NCBI RefSeq assembly: GCF_009914755.1
Contig: NC_060930.1
Origin: the human T2T-CHM13v2.0 reference genome, Homo sapiens
Length of the DNA: 64,000 nucleotides
Direction: 5' to 3' (one strand)
The notes under the pieces were generated by a model. It was given only the letters and a program-made list of their open reading frames with translations. It was not told the DNA's origin and ran no database searches. Made by a program: the position numbers and the translations under genes. This document shows positions 24,768-39,490 of this stretch, piece by piece. Every line of letters begins with the position of its first letter. Within the stretch, counting starts at the first letter, position 1.

Positions 24768-25664
24768 GCCAGGGGTGTAAGTGGGTGAAAGTCAGGCCAC
24801 TCCTGCGTGTATCTTATTTGATCTCCGCAACAGCTCCATGAAGAAGGAATCCTTATCCTCACTTTCCAGATGGGGAAGCTGAGGCTCAGGAAACTAAAGT
24901 AATTTTTCTATGTTGCCCGTAAATATTTGAAGCTAGTGGAGTGTGACTATTCACCGGGTGCTCTTGAATGATGGCGAGAGGGAAAAGGATTAAGACAGTT
25001 CACCGGGAACCAGGAGACATGGTAGTAGACATGGGATCTACATGAAAGGAGTTCAGGGAGGAGGATGTGACTGTGTCCAGTCTCAGGGAGTCACCCCAGC
25101 CCTGACACACGATGACTGCCACCATAACTTCCACGCTCCTCGGTCCAAGTTCTCAGGATGCTCCTGCAGTTTTAATTAAACGCTGTGTATGGTGGCTCAT
25201 TAAGGAGAAAACAGTTGTTCTGTATCTAAGTAGCCTCAGGTCTCTTCACCACTTTTACTGCTCAAACAACATCGCAGATAATTTTATAGTGTTTGGACTT
25301 GGTATTGCCTCTAAGCCTGGCAGGACCTCCAGGCCAGAGCTGTGTGGCAAATCACTCTGCTCCAAGGACACCGCCCTCATTTCAACAAGGATTCCTGGTC
25401 AGGCCCTACCTCCTTTCTCTCTTCAGACTCCCTCCCACCCCAGGGAGGGGCTCCGCCTGCCCTAATGTTGGTGCCAGGATCCATGATGATGGGAGGTAGG
25501 AAGGCTTTGGAGGGGTTAGACTGTGTGTACCAGTTCCCACGACTGGAAGGTTGTCTCGCTTCTGAGCTCTGATACACCATTTGGCAACTTGGTCCCTTAT
25601 TAGGTTATTTCATAGGAAAGGATTAGGAGCCTATTAACAATATTAGTTTACCCTCCCACAGCCC

Positions 25665-25898
25665 TTGCCACAAGCCAGGCATTGTTCTGAGCTCTTTACC
25701 TATAGTAACTTGCCAAATTCTTACAATAACTCTATAGGATAGGTATGGTTGTTATCGCATTTAATAGATGGGGTAACTGAGGCAAAGAGAGTTTTAAGTT
25801 TCTTGCCCAAGATTATAAACTATTAATTGGTGAAGCCAGGATTCAAACACAGGCTCTCTGGCCCTGAGTCTCTGGTCTTGACCACTGTGTTATACCAT
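25665..25898 (-). mobile_element. MIR, nearly full length
   Basis: 'tagatggggtaactgaggcaaagagagttttaagtttcttgcccaag...gccaggattcaaacacagg'. Confidence 0.85.
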
Positions 25899-26055
25899 CT
25901 GCTAAAAACCCGACTTTCAGCCTTGGCCTTGCTCTTCGTCAGCTCCCCTGAGTAGGGACTGTAATTCTGCCACTGATTCCCAGCTCAGGGATGACAGCTT
26001 GATTGACTACTTATCTAGGTCTCCAACCATCACTTGATCCTGGATTGGCATCACC

Positions 26056-26537
26056 TTTAGCAAATTGTGTTTTCCAAAGATGGTACAGCAAGATCTTTAG
26101 AACGTTCACACTCCCTCTCTGAATCTGGACAGATCTTTGTGACTGCCTTTCCCAGAAAATGTAGCCAGAGTGACAAAATGTAGCTTCTGACGCTAATACA
26201 AGTGTCATGCACTCCTGCCTTTCTCTTTGGGAACTTGGCCGCTATGTTGTGAGGAAGCCCAGTTAGCCTTTGGAGAGACCCATGTGGAGATAAACTGAGG
26301 GCCCATCAAGTTCCAAGCTGACAGCCAGCAATGACTTGGCAGTCAAGTGAGTCACTTTGAACGTGATCTTCCAGCCCCAAGTTGAGTCACTCAGCTAATG
26401 CTATGTAAAGCAGAGGCAAGCTGTCCCCACCAACTCCTGCCCAAACTGCAGATTCCTGAACAAAATAAATGATTATTGTTGTTTTAAGCCCCTATGATTT
26501 GGGGTGGCTTCTCACATAGCAGTAGATAAGCAGAACA
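26056..26537 (+). mobile_element. MLT1G-like MaLR solo LTR
   Basis: 'gctatgttgtgaggaagccca...cctgcccaaactgcagattcctgaacaaaataaatgattattgttgttttaagcc...gataagcagaaca'. Confidence 0.8.
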
Positions 26538-27051
26538 CCAGCTGTGTCTGCTGGTGTGATTCTGGGTCATCTTCTCTGACATACCCTTATTTTATTGCTG
26601 GGCTCTATCTGCCAGGCCAGACCTCTCCCAACTTCTCTGTCCCCACAATACCTGCCCCTCGCTGATACAGAAAGAAGAATGGCTGGTGCTTTTCCATCTG
26701 CCCATCTCCCTGCATGTCACAAGGCGCTGCTGGCCTGGGCCCAGCTGCCAGCCATCCTCCCAGCAACACTCAGCCTCCAGACTGACTCTGAATTCCAGGG
26801 ACCAGTTTCCTAGGCAGTGGGGCCAATTCCAAGCTATCTTCCAGCTCACACATTTTTGCTTCACCAAGAAAGCTATTATTTCTCCTTTTCATTGAGTGTA
26901 TTACATCAATTATTTTTTGTTATAAAACTTATAGTTAGTTCTTTTGCAAATTATCCAGTCCATTTTTATTGTTTTTCATAGATCTGACACACTTTGAGTC
27001 CCCTTTTAATTTTAAAACATATAAAACATACTACTTTCATACTACTTTCGG

Positions 27052-27572
27052 TGTGATGGTTAAATTTATGCATCAACTTGACTGGGTTAAGGGCTGCCCA
27101 GATAGCGGGTAAACATTCTTTCTTTCTGTGTCTGTGAGGGTGTTTCCAGAATAGATTAGCCCTTGAATCTATAGACGGAGTAAAGAAGATCTGCCCTCAC
27201 CATTTTGCAGGGGCATCATTTAATCCATTGAAGGCCCAAAATAGAACAAAAAGGTGGAGGAAAGGCAAACTCCCCCCAGGCTACCCCTGCTTCATGAGCT
27301 GAGACATCCATCTTCTGCTCATGGACATTGGAGCTCCTGGTTCTGCTTCTTTAGACTCAAGGACTAACACCCGTCCTCCCCATCCCACCCCATCCTGAGT
27401 TCTTCAGCCTTGTAGTAAATTACATTACCTCCTTCCTGGTTCTCCAGCTTGCAGACGTCTTTGTAGGGCTCCTTGGCCTCCACAATCACATCAGTCAATT
27501 CTCATAATAAATCTCCTCTTGTATATCTATATATATCCTTTTGGTTTTGTTTCTCTAAATAACCCTAATATG
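27052..27572 (+). mobile_element. MLT2B/C HERV-L solo LTR
   Basis: 'tgtgatggttaaatttatgcatcaacttgactgggttaagggctgcccagatagc...aatagaacaaaaaggtggaggaaagg'. Confidence 0.85.
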
Positions 27573-27574
27573 CT

Positions 27575-27830
27575 GGGTAACAAACTATTACAATGCTTCC
27601 TATTTTTTAAACATTTTTTGTTACTCTTACTCATGGTGGCTTGTTTCCCTGTGGGTTTGGGGATTTTAAACTGTGAGCTTGTGCCCTGTCAGCATTTTAT
27701 CTGTGAAAATTCTTTGAGATCTGCCTTTAGAGTATATTCCTCAGAAAAGATTTGTGTTTGCTTCTGCAAGGCTCCTGGTGACATCATCAAGGCAGAATCA
27801 CTGGCAAATTTCACATGGGTTTATTAGATT
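27575..27830 (-). mobile_element. Ancient L1ME/HAL1-like fragment
   Basis: 'ttcctcagaaaagatttgtgtttgcttctgcaaggctcctgg'. Confidence 0.45.
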
Positions 27831-27932
27831 AAATATGAATCTTTAAGGACATGCCACCATGGCCAGCATAGATTTTTTTCCAGTTCCCCTGAAGCCCACT
27901 TTTCCTTTCCTTTACTATTGCAAGTATTTTAG

Positions 27933-28137
27933 GACCCCATCTCTACAAAAAATTTTAAAAAGTAGCTAGCTAAGCATGATGGCATGTGCCTGTAGCCCTA
28001 GCTACTTGGGAGGCTGGGGTGGGAGGATCACTTGAGCTCAGGAGTTCTAGGCTGCAGAGAGCTATGATTGTGCCATTGCATTCCAGCCTGGGCAACAGAA
28101 TTAGACCTTATCGAAAAGAAAAAAGAAAAAAACAAAA
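27933..28137 (+). mobile_element. 5'-truncated AluJ (linker plus right arm)
   Basis: 'gaccccatctctacaaaaaa...ggaggatcacttgagctcaggagttctaggctgcagagagctatgattgtgcc', A-rich tail. Confidence 0.9.
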
Positions 28138-28674
28138 CGATTTTGTAAGAAGCATTTGCTCTATATTCTACTCTGGTTCCAGTGTTCCAATGTGTAAAAG
28201 TTTGCCACATTTTAACCTAAGTTAGTTTTCTTAACTACCTTCTTTTTTATGCGAGGTACCCCAAGCAGCCTTAAAAGAGTGGGCACCTGTGTTCAAAGAG
28301 GGAGGTAAATAAATGAAAGGAAACAAAAAAATTTTCATAAAAAAAGAAAAATTGTGCCTGGGTTTGTACCTGTTGGCAAGAAAAATATTCCATATGACTA
28401 ACAACTAAAGTTCTTTCTAAACCATTTAGTAACTCTCAGTGCTATCTCCATAAGCAAATTACAAGTTTATTTTATCTTTTTTCTTAAAGTAAGTATGTTC
28501 CTCAACCTGAAAATGGCTTAACATCTACCTTAAGTTATTGTAGGCCTTAAGAAGCAATTCTCCAAAAATCTGTTTCCTGGAAATAATGAACTCAGCTTTC
28601 TCAGTAGTTCAGCATTCTTTTCTACCTGGTTAGTTTGCAAATGTGTGGTTTGACAATCTCTACATTAGAGCTGT

Positions 28675-29168
28675 TGTATTTGCTATCTATTGTCACAATA
28701 ATGCTATCTAAGAAACCATCCCAAAACTCAGTGGCTTTAAACCATGAACATTTACACAGTAGGTCAGTGATTTAGGTGAGGCTTAGCTGTATGGTTCTTC
28801 TGATCCCAGCCAGGTTTGCTCATATGCCTGGAGCCTGGAGGTGGGCTAGCAATTGGCTGCTGCAAGCTACCCTTGGCCAGCGGGACTGAGAAACTTGGCT
28901 CTGCTCCATGTTCTCTCATCCACCAACAGGCTGTACTGGGCATATTCTCATGGCAAGGTCAGTGGTTCAAGAAAGCACCTTTTCAAGCCTCAGTTGTATT
29001 TTACCCACAAATATCTCCTTGGCCAAAGCCAGTCACATGGCAAACCCAGAGTCGAGAGATGGAGTATATCACCCCACCAGGTGACATAATGGTGGCAAAG
29101 TTACACAGCAAAGGGCATGAGTACCAGGAGAAGCAAATAATTGGAGCCAAGTGATGTAATCCATAACA
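28675..29168 (-). mobile_element. MLT1H/I-like MaLR solo LTR
   Basis: 'aaccatcccaaaactcagtggctt...ttggccaaagccagtcacatggcaaaccca...gtaatccataaca'. Confidence 0.75.
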
Positions 29169-29879
29169 GCTGGTGTCCGGGCAGCCCTCTCACAGGAGCC
29201 ATGCCAGGCAGCTGGTCTAATCATCCATTAGGGTGTCCCTTGGTGACCAGAGCAGGAATGAACAGAACCCTCCTTCCTCAATCCTATTTGGGCCTTAGCG
29301 TCAGAGTCAATGTGTCTGACTCCCTCTCGCGCTCCTCACCTGCCCTGGATTAAAACTGCTAGTAACACAATTTTATAGTTTTCAGGGACCACCTAGGAAG
29401 GCAGCAGTCAAGCAGGGCTGATCTCCCTGCATCCAACACATCCACTTCCAAGCTCAGGCCAGAGTGGCTGCTTAGGTATCTGGGCATGCTACCGAAAATA
29501 AAATGTGGCTGGAGTTCAATCACTTGAAAACAGAACACCATTTCTTTCCTGAATTACCTGAGGGCATGTTAATAGATGGCTGTAGAGAATCTTTCAAATC
29601 TTCCATTCATCAATACCATGCCAAGGAAGGAAGCATAAATCAGAAAGCAGTTATAAGAAATTGTACACGGATGCAGCAAAGCTCAAGGTCAGTGCCCAGG
29701 CCATGCACCTGCCTTCCATACACCCAGAGCCCACAACAGGGCTGGGTGCACACCTGCTGTGTGCCTAATATGTGACCCCTGGCCTCTACTTCATAAGCAG
29801 AGAGCTGTTACACCTGTAGCTTGAGAAAGGCGAGGAGAATACCTGCGAGGGCTTTGGTTTAAACCCTCCGTATAGGATA

Positions 29880-30415
29880 TATTTGTCAGAACTGTCATGG
29901 GAGCAGCTGACAGAAATCTAACTCAAGGTAGCTTAAATAGAATGAGAGATTTACTGTCTCGTGAAACCAAATAACGATGAAGGCCAGCAAAGAATACCGG
30001 GAGCCACAGACACAACTGTCAGAAGCTTTGCCTCTTTCCCTCTCTCTCCTCTACTTCCCAGCTTTTCCCTGTGTGAAGTCTCATCTCACCATTTTTCTCC
30101 ACATTGTAGGTAGACGGGTCGGAGTTGTTGAGAAACTGATCAATGACCAGTTCTGAACACACATCCATCTGGAAACTTTCTGGCCAGGCAGAAGAGGGCT
30201 CTCTCTTCTGAGCTCATGCTTGAAAATTCTAGGGAAAGGGTCTAATTCGCCAGGCCTGCATCATGTGAGCCATCCTGGGCTGATCACTGTGGCTGGAGTT
30301 GGGGTATGGAACAGGGGTGGGGCACCAGTGGTTAGCAGCTCTCATCAGAACCACGTGCATTTAGGAAGATGAGGAATACTGTTCTGGGCAGAATGAACCA
30401 TGCACGTCCACCACA
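29880..30415 (-). mobile_element. MLT1K-like MaLR solo LTR
   Basis: 'tgacagaaatctaactcaaggtagcttaaa...gatcactgtggc...gtccaccaca'. Confidence 0.65.
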
Positions 30416-30681
30416 GAGGGCTGATTGTTCTAGCACAGGGACAGCTTTGAAGGTCCTCACCATGAGGTTCCTCACCTACAGAGCCTCACCAGCTTATGGG
30501 TGATGAGCACAGATATAGATTTTAAGCCACCCTTTTCTTGAGGAGAGGCTGGGCTTGGTCAAGTGAAATATGAATGGAGAAGGAAAGTAGACAGGGACTA
30601 TCGTTTTCTTAAGTGTGCCAGGTACTGTCGAAGGCACTCAACAAGGCTTGTCTCCCCTGTTGATCACCTGAGAGATATTAA

Positions 30682-30982
<301 letters not shown>

Positions 30983-31149
30983 AAGAGATAGATTCTTAGA
31001 CCCATTTTACTAGTGAAGAATACTAAGGCTCAGAAAGGGAAAGTGAGTTACCCAAGGTTACACAGTGTTGGAGTGGGCACTTGAAATAAGCCTTCCTGAC
31101 CACTCCGTATCAGCTCAGCTCTATAGATAATCTAACCACACTGTTAAAC

Positions 31150-32121
<972 letters not shown>

Positions 32122-32954
32122 TTCATTCACAAGTTTGATAGACAAAAGTTCTAAGCCCTTCAAGTCTATGCTATTCTTTATTAATTAATTTCTGTTTTCC
32201 AAAGAGAACCCGAGGATTCCCCTACCTGAGGTTTGAGGTAGAGGCTCCCATTCATTTCTCCGCGTATCTCTGCACGGGTGCTTTAGCTAGACCTTAACTG
32301 AGAGACCACTCTGGGGGCTCTCCTCTCCCCTTACTCCACCTCCCAGATTCCAACAAGGGAAATCCCCAGGTTCCAAAGGGACTTCCTCCTTTTCTGAGCT
32401 CCACCATCAGGATAAGTTGGGGCTGGGGATGGCCGCTTTCAGCACACCTTCCTCCCGAGCCAGGTGGCTCTTGTGTGGCCAGAAGGAAACAAAGCTCCCA
32501 GGGGCACTGAGCTGGGGAGTGGATGCCTGGCACAGCACCATCAGTAGGAACATCTTCATGGAAGGTGATGGAACCAGACACAGGACCCACGTCTACAGTG
32601 GCCAAAACACAGTAGGAAAGGGCTCTGTTTTGCACTTGCTTCGCAGGTCGCTAGTTCCTTCCTTATCTACCGAATTACCTTGATCCTGCCCATATCTATC
32701 TTCTCACCAGTAAAATGGACCCAGAATACCTAATCACAGAGTTATCTTGAGATAGAATTTCAAAAGGAGACTTTACAGAAGAGCCCATCTAGCTTATACA
32801 TTGCCTTTGTGTAGATGAGAAAAAAGAAACCCTTCCTCAGGACATTTCATTGCCATCCATTGACTAGTTATCCTAATGTCCTGATTTCTCTAGAATAAGA
32901 CACATTAGAGCCACCTGCCATAAAATGGCCATATTAAACTTTCAAATCTACAAC

Positions 32955-33025
32955 ATCTCTTATGTGACTGGTAACCACTAGGGTTGTGCAGCACACAACC
33001 TGAACAACCATACACATGGCCCTGT
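32955..33025. mobile_element. MER91-like hAT-Tip100 fragment
   Basis: 'gttgtgcagcacacaacctgaacaaccatacacatggccctg'. Confidence 0.45.
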
Positions 33026-33124
33026 TTTCAGGATATGATGCACTATGCACAAATAAGGAACCTGCCCTGTTATTGTGGTCAGGAGCCTTAGGTAAATCCC
33101 TTTGTTCTTGCAGGGCATTGTCCT

Positions 33125-33498
33125 TGAGTTGGACTGAATTGTGCTCCCCTTCCAAAATTCATATGCAGAAGCCATAACCCCCATTGTGATGGTATTTGGA
33201 GATAGGACCTTAGGGAAATTAGATTTAGATGATGTCATGAGGGTGGGGTCCTCATGATGGGATTAGTGCCCTTATGAGAAGAGGAAAAGACACCAGAACT
33301 CTCTCTCTCTCTCTCTACTTTGTGAGCACATAGGAAGAAGACTTCAACTGCAAGCCAGGAAGAGACCCCTTGCTAAACTCTGACCATGTTGACATCCTGA
33401 TCTCAGATTTCCAACCTCCAGAACAGTGGTAAAATAAATCCCTGGTGTTCAAACCACTCAGTCTATGGTATTTTCTTATGGCAGCTTAAGCCAAGACA
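33125..33498 (+). mobile_element. MLT1A-type MaLR solo LTR
   Basis: 'ggactgaattgtgctcccc...tcatgagggtggggtcctcatgatgggattagtgccctta...cagtctatggtattttcttatggcagc...aagaca'; TSD gtcct / gttct. Confidence 0.88.
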
Positions 33499-36400
33499 GT
33501 TCTCATCATCTGTTAATGTAACTTTCCATGAAGAATTTATTGATAATTACTTAAGTTGTTATCTCTCTCAGGGACGTCTGAATTCTACAGTCTATTCATA
33601 TCCAGGTACCAAAGAGTGAAGTGCTAATGACAGGCCTTGGAACAGCATTATAGTCAGTGGGGAGAGATGGATTCAAGGGAAATGGAGGGTGTTGGCACTC
33701 TTTGAAACAGCCTCCATCCTTCAATCACACTGTAGGCAACAGCCTCTTCTGCCCATGCCTGAAGATGGCCACGGATCTGCCCTGCTCTATGGGGAAGGAG
33801 CCTGATCCTGCAAGATACAAGGGGATTAAAGTCCCCAAGGCAGGAGTTTTCCATCCTTGCAGCCTCCTTCTGGCTATAAAATTAGACTTGCCAATTCCAA
33901 AGGAGCCATCTGGCAGGTGGGAAGAGTAGAGAGTGGGCCCTGACCCTCCAGGGACACCTGGCTTACAGACAATGAAGAAAGTCATCTAGTGAGCTTCCAC
34001 GTGCCTCCTTCCCCCACAGTTTCTGTTTTAGCATTTTGGGAGGAAAAAGGCATTCTGGTGATGAAAGTGGGTCCTGCTCGGAGGAGAAGATGGCTGTCAT
34101 TGTAGAGTGCTGCATCCCTGGGGAATCCACAGTCCTCTGAGCTCTGTGAGCTTTCCTAGCTAGGGCTCAAGCTGAGCCTCATGCAGTTCCTTGTCCAGTT
34201 GGCATCTCCCATGTGACCTCCACTGTGTGGGCACTGGGGAGACAAAGATGTGCAGGAATCCCCCCACCCACCCTGGGGGACCACAGCCCGCCGTGGGAGT
34301 TTGGCTCTTAGACAAATCATTACCGAAGGTGTGAGAAGTCCTGTGGGAGAAATAGGGAAAATGTAGGGCTGGGAGAACACAGAGGAGAAAGTAAGGAAGC
34401 CCTCTGGGTGGGGCACTCAGAGAGGGGGTCCCCGAGGAGGTCACACTTGAGCTGCATCTTGCCAGATAGGCCATAGGTCACCAGGCAGAGGGTAGTGTGG
34501 GACCAGCCAAGGGTCATGGGGGAGGACTTGGAAATGGACAGACCCGGTGTCCAGGGAGGGGCAAGGTCCTAAAGGACATGTGACTGGACTGAGCTGTCTG
34601 GACTTTATCCACAGTAGGCATGGGAGCCATAGAGGATTTTAAACAAAGGCAGGGATACCTTCCCCAGTGGGGAACAGCATGTTCTTACCTGAAACCTTGG
34701 ATCTCCCAGGAAGAAGCAGCATGAGTCTGGGCCCTCGGACCATCCTCCTTGGGGCCTGCCTTGCTGCTGGCATCTGAAGCCCACTCCTGGGCTCTATGCT
34801 GTATGAGCTGAGGCCCATTTTTGCTATAGATTCTCACAAGTCTTTCTGGAAACCTGCAGTGCAGCTTCTCCTATCACAGCTGAGGTATAGGATATTTCAC
34901 CTCAGTTGGGAAGGGAGACTGTGGGCCCAGGACAGGGAAAAAGACCCAGCCACCAGCAGGGGAGAAGGGAAGAGAGGGAGGGAGGAGGGCAGGACCAGAT
35001 ACATCTCTGGGCATAGGTTCAAAGTAGAGGAAAGTGTTAGAAGCCTGGTAAAGGTCAGTGTTCACTATCTGGGACCAAACAGGGGTGTGGGCATAGCTCC
35101 AGGGTAATGGCCCTTGATTCTCTGTTTATAAGTAAACAGAGATACAGATAAATCTTGGGAGTCGATTTAGGTTTACTGGGATATGATTGGAGGCGTTAGT
35201 GCCTGTTGGGACCACACCCTCCATCCTCAAGGGGAAGGAGTAAGGTTTCTCCTAAAGAGAATGTCCTTACATCCTTTTCAGTCATACCTAGAAGAGTAGA
35301 GTCCTTGGTTAGAGACCTGGAATGCTGAAGGCAGTTCCTAGACAGCCAGAAGTAACATCAGTCTATCTCCAGGTCTTGTCCTCCTGGGTCTCAGTCACAA
35401 AAGGGCTCTTGCCCATGCAGGAGTTCTCTGCAGTAGGAATCAAAGTGGTGCCCACACCACGAGGCAGGCAGGGAGTGGGGATGGAAAGGGGCCAGACCAC
35501 CCCAGAGGAGGAGAGCCTTGTGAACCAAATGGGCCAGTTGCATGAGATTCTCTGTATTTCTTTTCTTCCTATTATATCCCTGAGTTTCCTGCAAGGTCTT
35601 AGCTAACTGTCCCATGGTAATTACTGGGAGACCCTCAAGGGAAGGTGACTGTGGGGACAAAGGTAAGCACTCCAGCTCTCACTGCACTACCTTTCTAGCG
35701 ATTCAACCCCCATCCCCACGCCCGCCGCCGCCGGTGGGTGACTTTGAAGGATCCAAGTTGTCTTAATGGGAGATGATGGTCGTTTTGTGATTGTAACATT
35801 TGGGAATCCAGGAATAGGTGACCTTTGAAAGAAGAAACTGTTAGTTCATATTGAGAAAGTAGCAGAACTTCCTACTCACTGCCCATCAGGCTGGGGGCAG
35901 GGCCAGAACTGGGTCCTGGGTTGGGCAGGGATGGAAGCGGGGAGGCTGAAGGGTCCCAGCCATGACTGTACCAAGTCAGGGTCTCAGGCTCTGGAACAAG
36001 ACATTTGTATTCCTCTTTCTCTCCTAAAAATGTCTATGCAAAAATACACATGTACTCGCATGAATGAACCCAGGCAGGCACGCACGCAACACATGTTTTT
36101 AACCAAGGAAACATCCCCCGCTCCGTTCCCAACAGACAGAGCTACAGGAAGGGACTCTGACTTCCGAATAATCTTGCAAACAAATAGCTTGACTTTAACT
36201 CCATTACCAGGGCTAATCTGTCCCGACTCCCACCTGATCTGCACAAGAAATGGGCTCATTCATAATGGATGGTGTGTGCACTTTGCAAAGTCCCCCAGAG
36301 GTATCAGTTAAGCAGTCTGCAGCGGCAGTTTCCTTAAGCAAAGGGAAGAGGCTGAGACAAGTCTCCCAGGATAAGGTCAGGCCCGGAGGGAAAATGGGTA

Positions 36401-36610
36401 CAATGACTCCTCCCCTCCCCCTCACCCATTGGGCTGCCCTGTGCCTTTCAGTGCTCCACTCAGCTGGCTCTGCACCGCGCTCACAGCCTTCAGCACGTCT
36501 CCCCTGGGCAGCTCCACAGCCGCTCCGGCCGGGTCCCTCCATCTCGATTTACAGGCAGGAGGACAGGGAGTCTGAGGAAATGATTTTAGAGGGCAATAGT
36601 TCTTCTAGGA

Positions 36611-36804
36611 CTGTGGTTCTCAAGCTTCAGGGTCTATCAGAATCCACTGGAGGGCTTGACAAAACTCAAGCTGCTCCCCCACCCCCTCCCCACCATTCTA
36701 GAGCTTCTGACTTAGAGTTCCAGGTGGGCCTGAGAATTTCATTTCTAGCAAAGCTTCCAGGTGCAGCTGCTGCTGGTCCGAGGACCACACTTTGAGAACC
36801 ACTG
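36611..36804 (-). mobile_element. MER5A hAT-Charlie MITE
   Basis: TIRs 'ctgtggttctcaag' and 'ctttgagaaccactg'; 'gctgctggtccgaggaccacac'. Confidence 0.88.
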
Positions 36805-37299
36805 GTGTAGCTCCTGACTTGGCACCAGAATCCCTCTGCCACCTTCCTCACAGGTAAAGTCAGAAATTGCATGTGCTTCCTCTTATTAGATGCCTCTTCC
36901 TACCAGTCCCCACTCTCTCTTGTGCTTTGTTTTCTTGTCTGTCTGTCCTTCCAGAATGTAAGTCCCTAGAAAACAGGATATGTCTTAGTCTCCTGTGTGT
37001 TCCCAGGACTGTAAACATACCAGGAAAAGCTTCAGCAAGAGGTATATACCACTAGGGGAACAGTGGTTACCCACCCCCAGGAAGAAGCAGGATCAGGGTG
37101 GGATGTCACTACTGAAGAATTGTTACTTTTTAATACTCTAATCTGCTATATCGTTTGGATTTTAAAAATGAGAATGATCCATGTGTTAATGGGTGATTAA
37201 AAAGTAATGGAAGAAAACCGAATTTATTGACTAAAGCATCCTCTCTGAAGGTACTAACTCTGCTGTCCCACACTCCCACGGAGTCTCAAATGTGTTCAG

Positions 37300-37530
37300 C
37301 TAAATAGCATTACTGCCAGGTGCTGCTGAAAGAGCTTTAAATATACAGACTTATTTAGTACTTACAACAGCCACATGAGGTGAGGACTATGTCTTATCCC
37401 TGTTCCTTATATGAGGAAGCTGAGGCCCAGAGACGCTAGTTAGCTTACCCAAGGCCAGGTGTCTCATTTGCAGTAGAGTTGACATTCACCCCTCAACAGG
37501 CTAGTTCTGGGAGTTGTGATCTTGACCCCT
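37300..37530 (-). mobile_element. MIR
   Basis: 'atgaggaagctgaggcccagagacgctagttagcttacccaaggcca'. Confidence 0.75.
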
Positions 37531-37939
37531 GGTGGAGCTGTACCACCTAGAAGTTGAGGTTCAGCAAAAGATGGAATCCTATTTATTTACACCTAACCCA
37601 CTTTGCTCTAAAGAGGATTCGAGGGGACTGCTATCTGATTTAGTTATCCAAAGCTTATATTGCCTAGAAATGTTACCTTTAATTAAAAAAAAGCCATCAA
37701 AGCAGACATGATCAGTGGCCTCTGAGATTTTCTGTTCCTATTGTTTTTTCACCAATATACTGGCAAGCATGCAGCAGCAGGTGCCAAAAGGAGAGAAAAA
37801 TTTATAGGGGGAGGACTTTAAATACAGAACATTCTATTCATTAACTTGATTTCTTTTGTGCACTGAAAAAAAGAGCTGCATGATTCAATTTTAGTGGAGG
37901 AAACCCTTGACCTTGCTCTGGGAACCCCTGAGTTCCCTA

Positions 37940-38119
37940 GCGGCAGAGCTTAGAGCGTCTGGCCTGGGGAATATTTTGTAATCATCTGAGGTGCTCAGCC
38001 CCCATCCAGCCTAAGGAGTGAATTTCTGCAGGGACTGGGAGGGGTGGTGTCTGGCATTGCTATGTTTAAACAAATCACCTCTGGTGATTGTAATGCACAG
38101 TCAGGGTTGAGAGCCACTG
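37940..38119. mobile_element. MER5B-like MITE
   Basis: 'ctggtgattgtaatgcacagtcagggttgagagccactg'. Confidence 0.65.
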
Positions 38120-38934
38120 AGAAGATCCCTTACAATTTTAAAGTTTTGATCCTCACTCTAAGATCTCAGTTTTCTAATATTTTATGATTGTATCCCTCTC
38201 CCCCAGCCCAGAGTCCCGGCCCTGCCTTTCCAATGGAAGTTGCTGGGGTGGTTTGGAATTTAATCACCTCCTTGGAAGCAGAGCCCAGCTCCCCAGGGGG
38301 CTGCTTGTTCACCCTGTGTGAGGCCAGCAGGTTTATTTATGGTTTCTGATTTTATTTATTGCCCCACCTCAGAGCTGCTCTTCTGCATACAGAGAACTCA
38401 GGCTGTCTGCTGCCTGTGCTGCTGGGGCCGCCATAAGCTGGGCTTGGATGGATGTGCAGCTTTAGTCCACCGAGTTGGCTGAGAAGCTGGTCGCCTTCCT
38501 GGGGGTGATTTTTGTGATGCAGCGAAGCCCTACCTGTTCCAAAACATCTCCCCCAAAGCTTCCCCAGCACAGGGGTTATGAATGGATGAGGCAACACAGG
38601 CCTTGCCTGCGGGAAGTTCTAGAAAAATTCTGTTCTCTCTTGGAGGGCTCAACTCTGCCTATCTTACCATTTGCCTTGGGACCCACCCAGGAGGGCAGCA
38701 GCTAGATCTTGCCCTGATGCATGTTTATTGCCCTCCATGGCCAAGGGCCGATGTGGAGGACACAGCCCTTTGGAAGGTGAGTGCAGGTGGTGGAGATCAC
38801 AAAGGCTGGGTAGGAAGGAGACCACCGATGGTATCTGATTTCTGTTTTTCATATTCTCTGCCTCAGTTAGCATCCACTCTCTCTCCTCTTGTTCCTTCCC
38901 TCTCCCCCACCAGGGTCTTGCCATGTAGATGGTA

Positions 38935-39330
38935 CAGCAGTCAGGGTCTAAACAGGAAAACAGAAATCAAGTTAATGGCAGGACATGACAGAAGGAAGGT
39001 AATGCAGTGACCTGGTTATAGGTGTTGGAGGGGCCAAGAGCCAAGTGGGACAGTGAAGAAACTTCAAAATCAGCAACCTCAAGAAGCTCCTGCCAGCTCG
39101 AGGGCTGGTGGCAGGGGAGTGGTGTTGACAGTGCCTGGGAGCCAGGGCCACCCATGAGAGCTGGAACCATGCCAGCCTACAGGTCAGGAGCTGAGGCCAC
39201 TGCCAGAGGAGCCTCCCCAGAAAGGAGAGCAGGAAAGACACCTGCAGCTTCTCCCCCAAACCCTAAACTCCCCCAAGGGAAACAGAACCCAACAGGCATA
39301 GAGTCTGGAGTTGCAGAGGAGGGTGGGTGG
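38935..39330 (-). mobile_element. Ancient LTR (LTR78/79-like)
   Basis: 'gtcagggtctaaacaggaaaacagaaatca...gagctggaaccatg...gaggccactgccagagga'; family uncertain. Confidence 0.45.
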
Positions 39331-39442
39331 TTGTATGTTTCGAGGAAGGGCCTTGAGGACAAACAGGCAGGAGACCAATACCAGGGAATTTCCAGACCAC
39401 TGTGTACTGAGATTGTGAAGCAACTTCTTCAGGATCCCGCAG

Positions 39443-39490
39443 CCTGGTTAGGGACCTGGTTGGGGACCTGGTTTGGGACCTGGCTAGGGA
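39443..39490. repeat. 12-bp tandem repeat (cctggttnggga) x4
   Basis: cctggttaggga cctggttgggga cctggtttggga cctggctaggga. Confidence 0.9.

Noticed and set aside
24354-24841. Three overlapping ORFs of 108-158 aa as a repeat protein gene
   Set aside because: They are a by-product of a stop-free 46-bp unit; no promoter, splice or homology support
36250-36795. 181-aa ORF
   Set aside because: The C-terminal third is MER5A sequence; low-complexity composition and no recognisable homology
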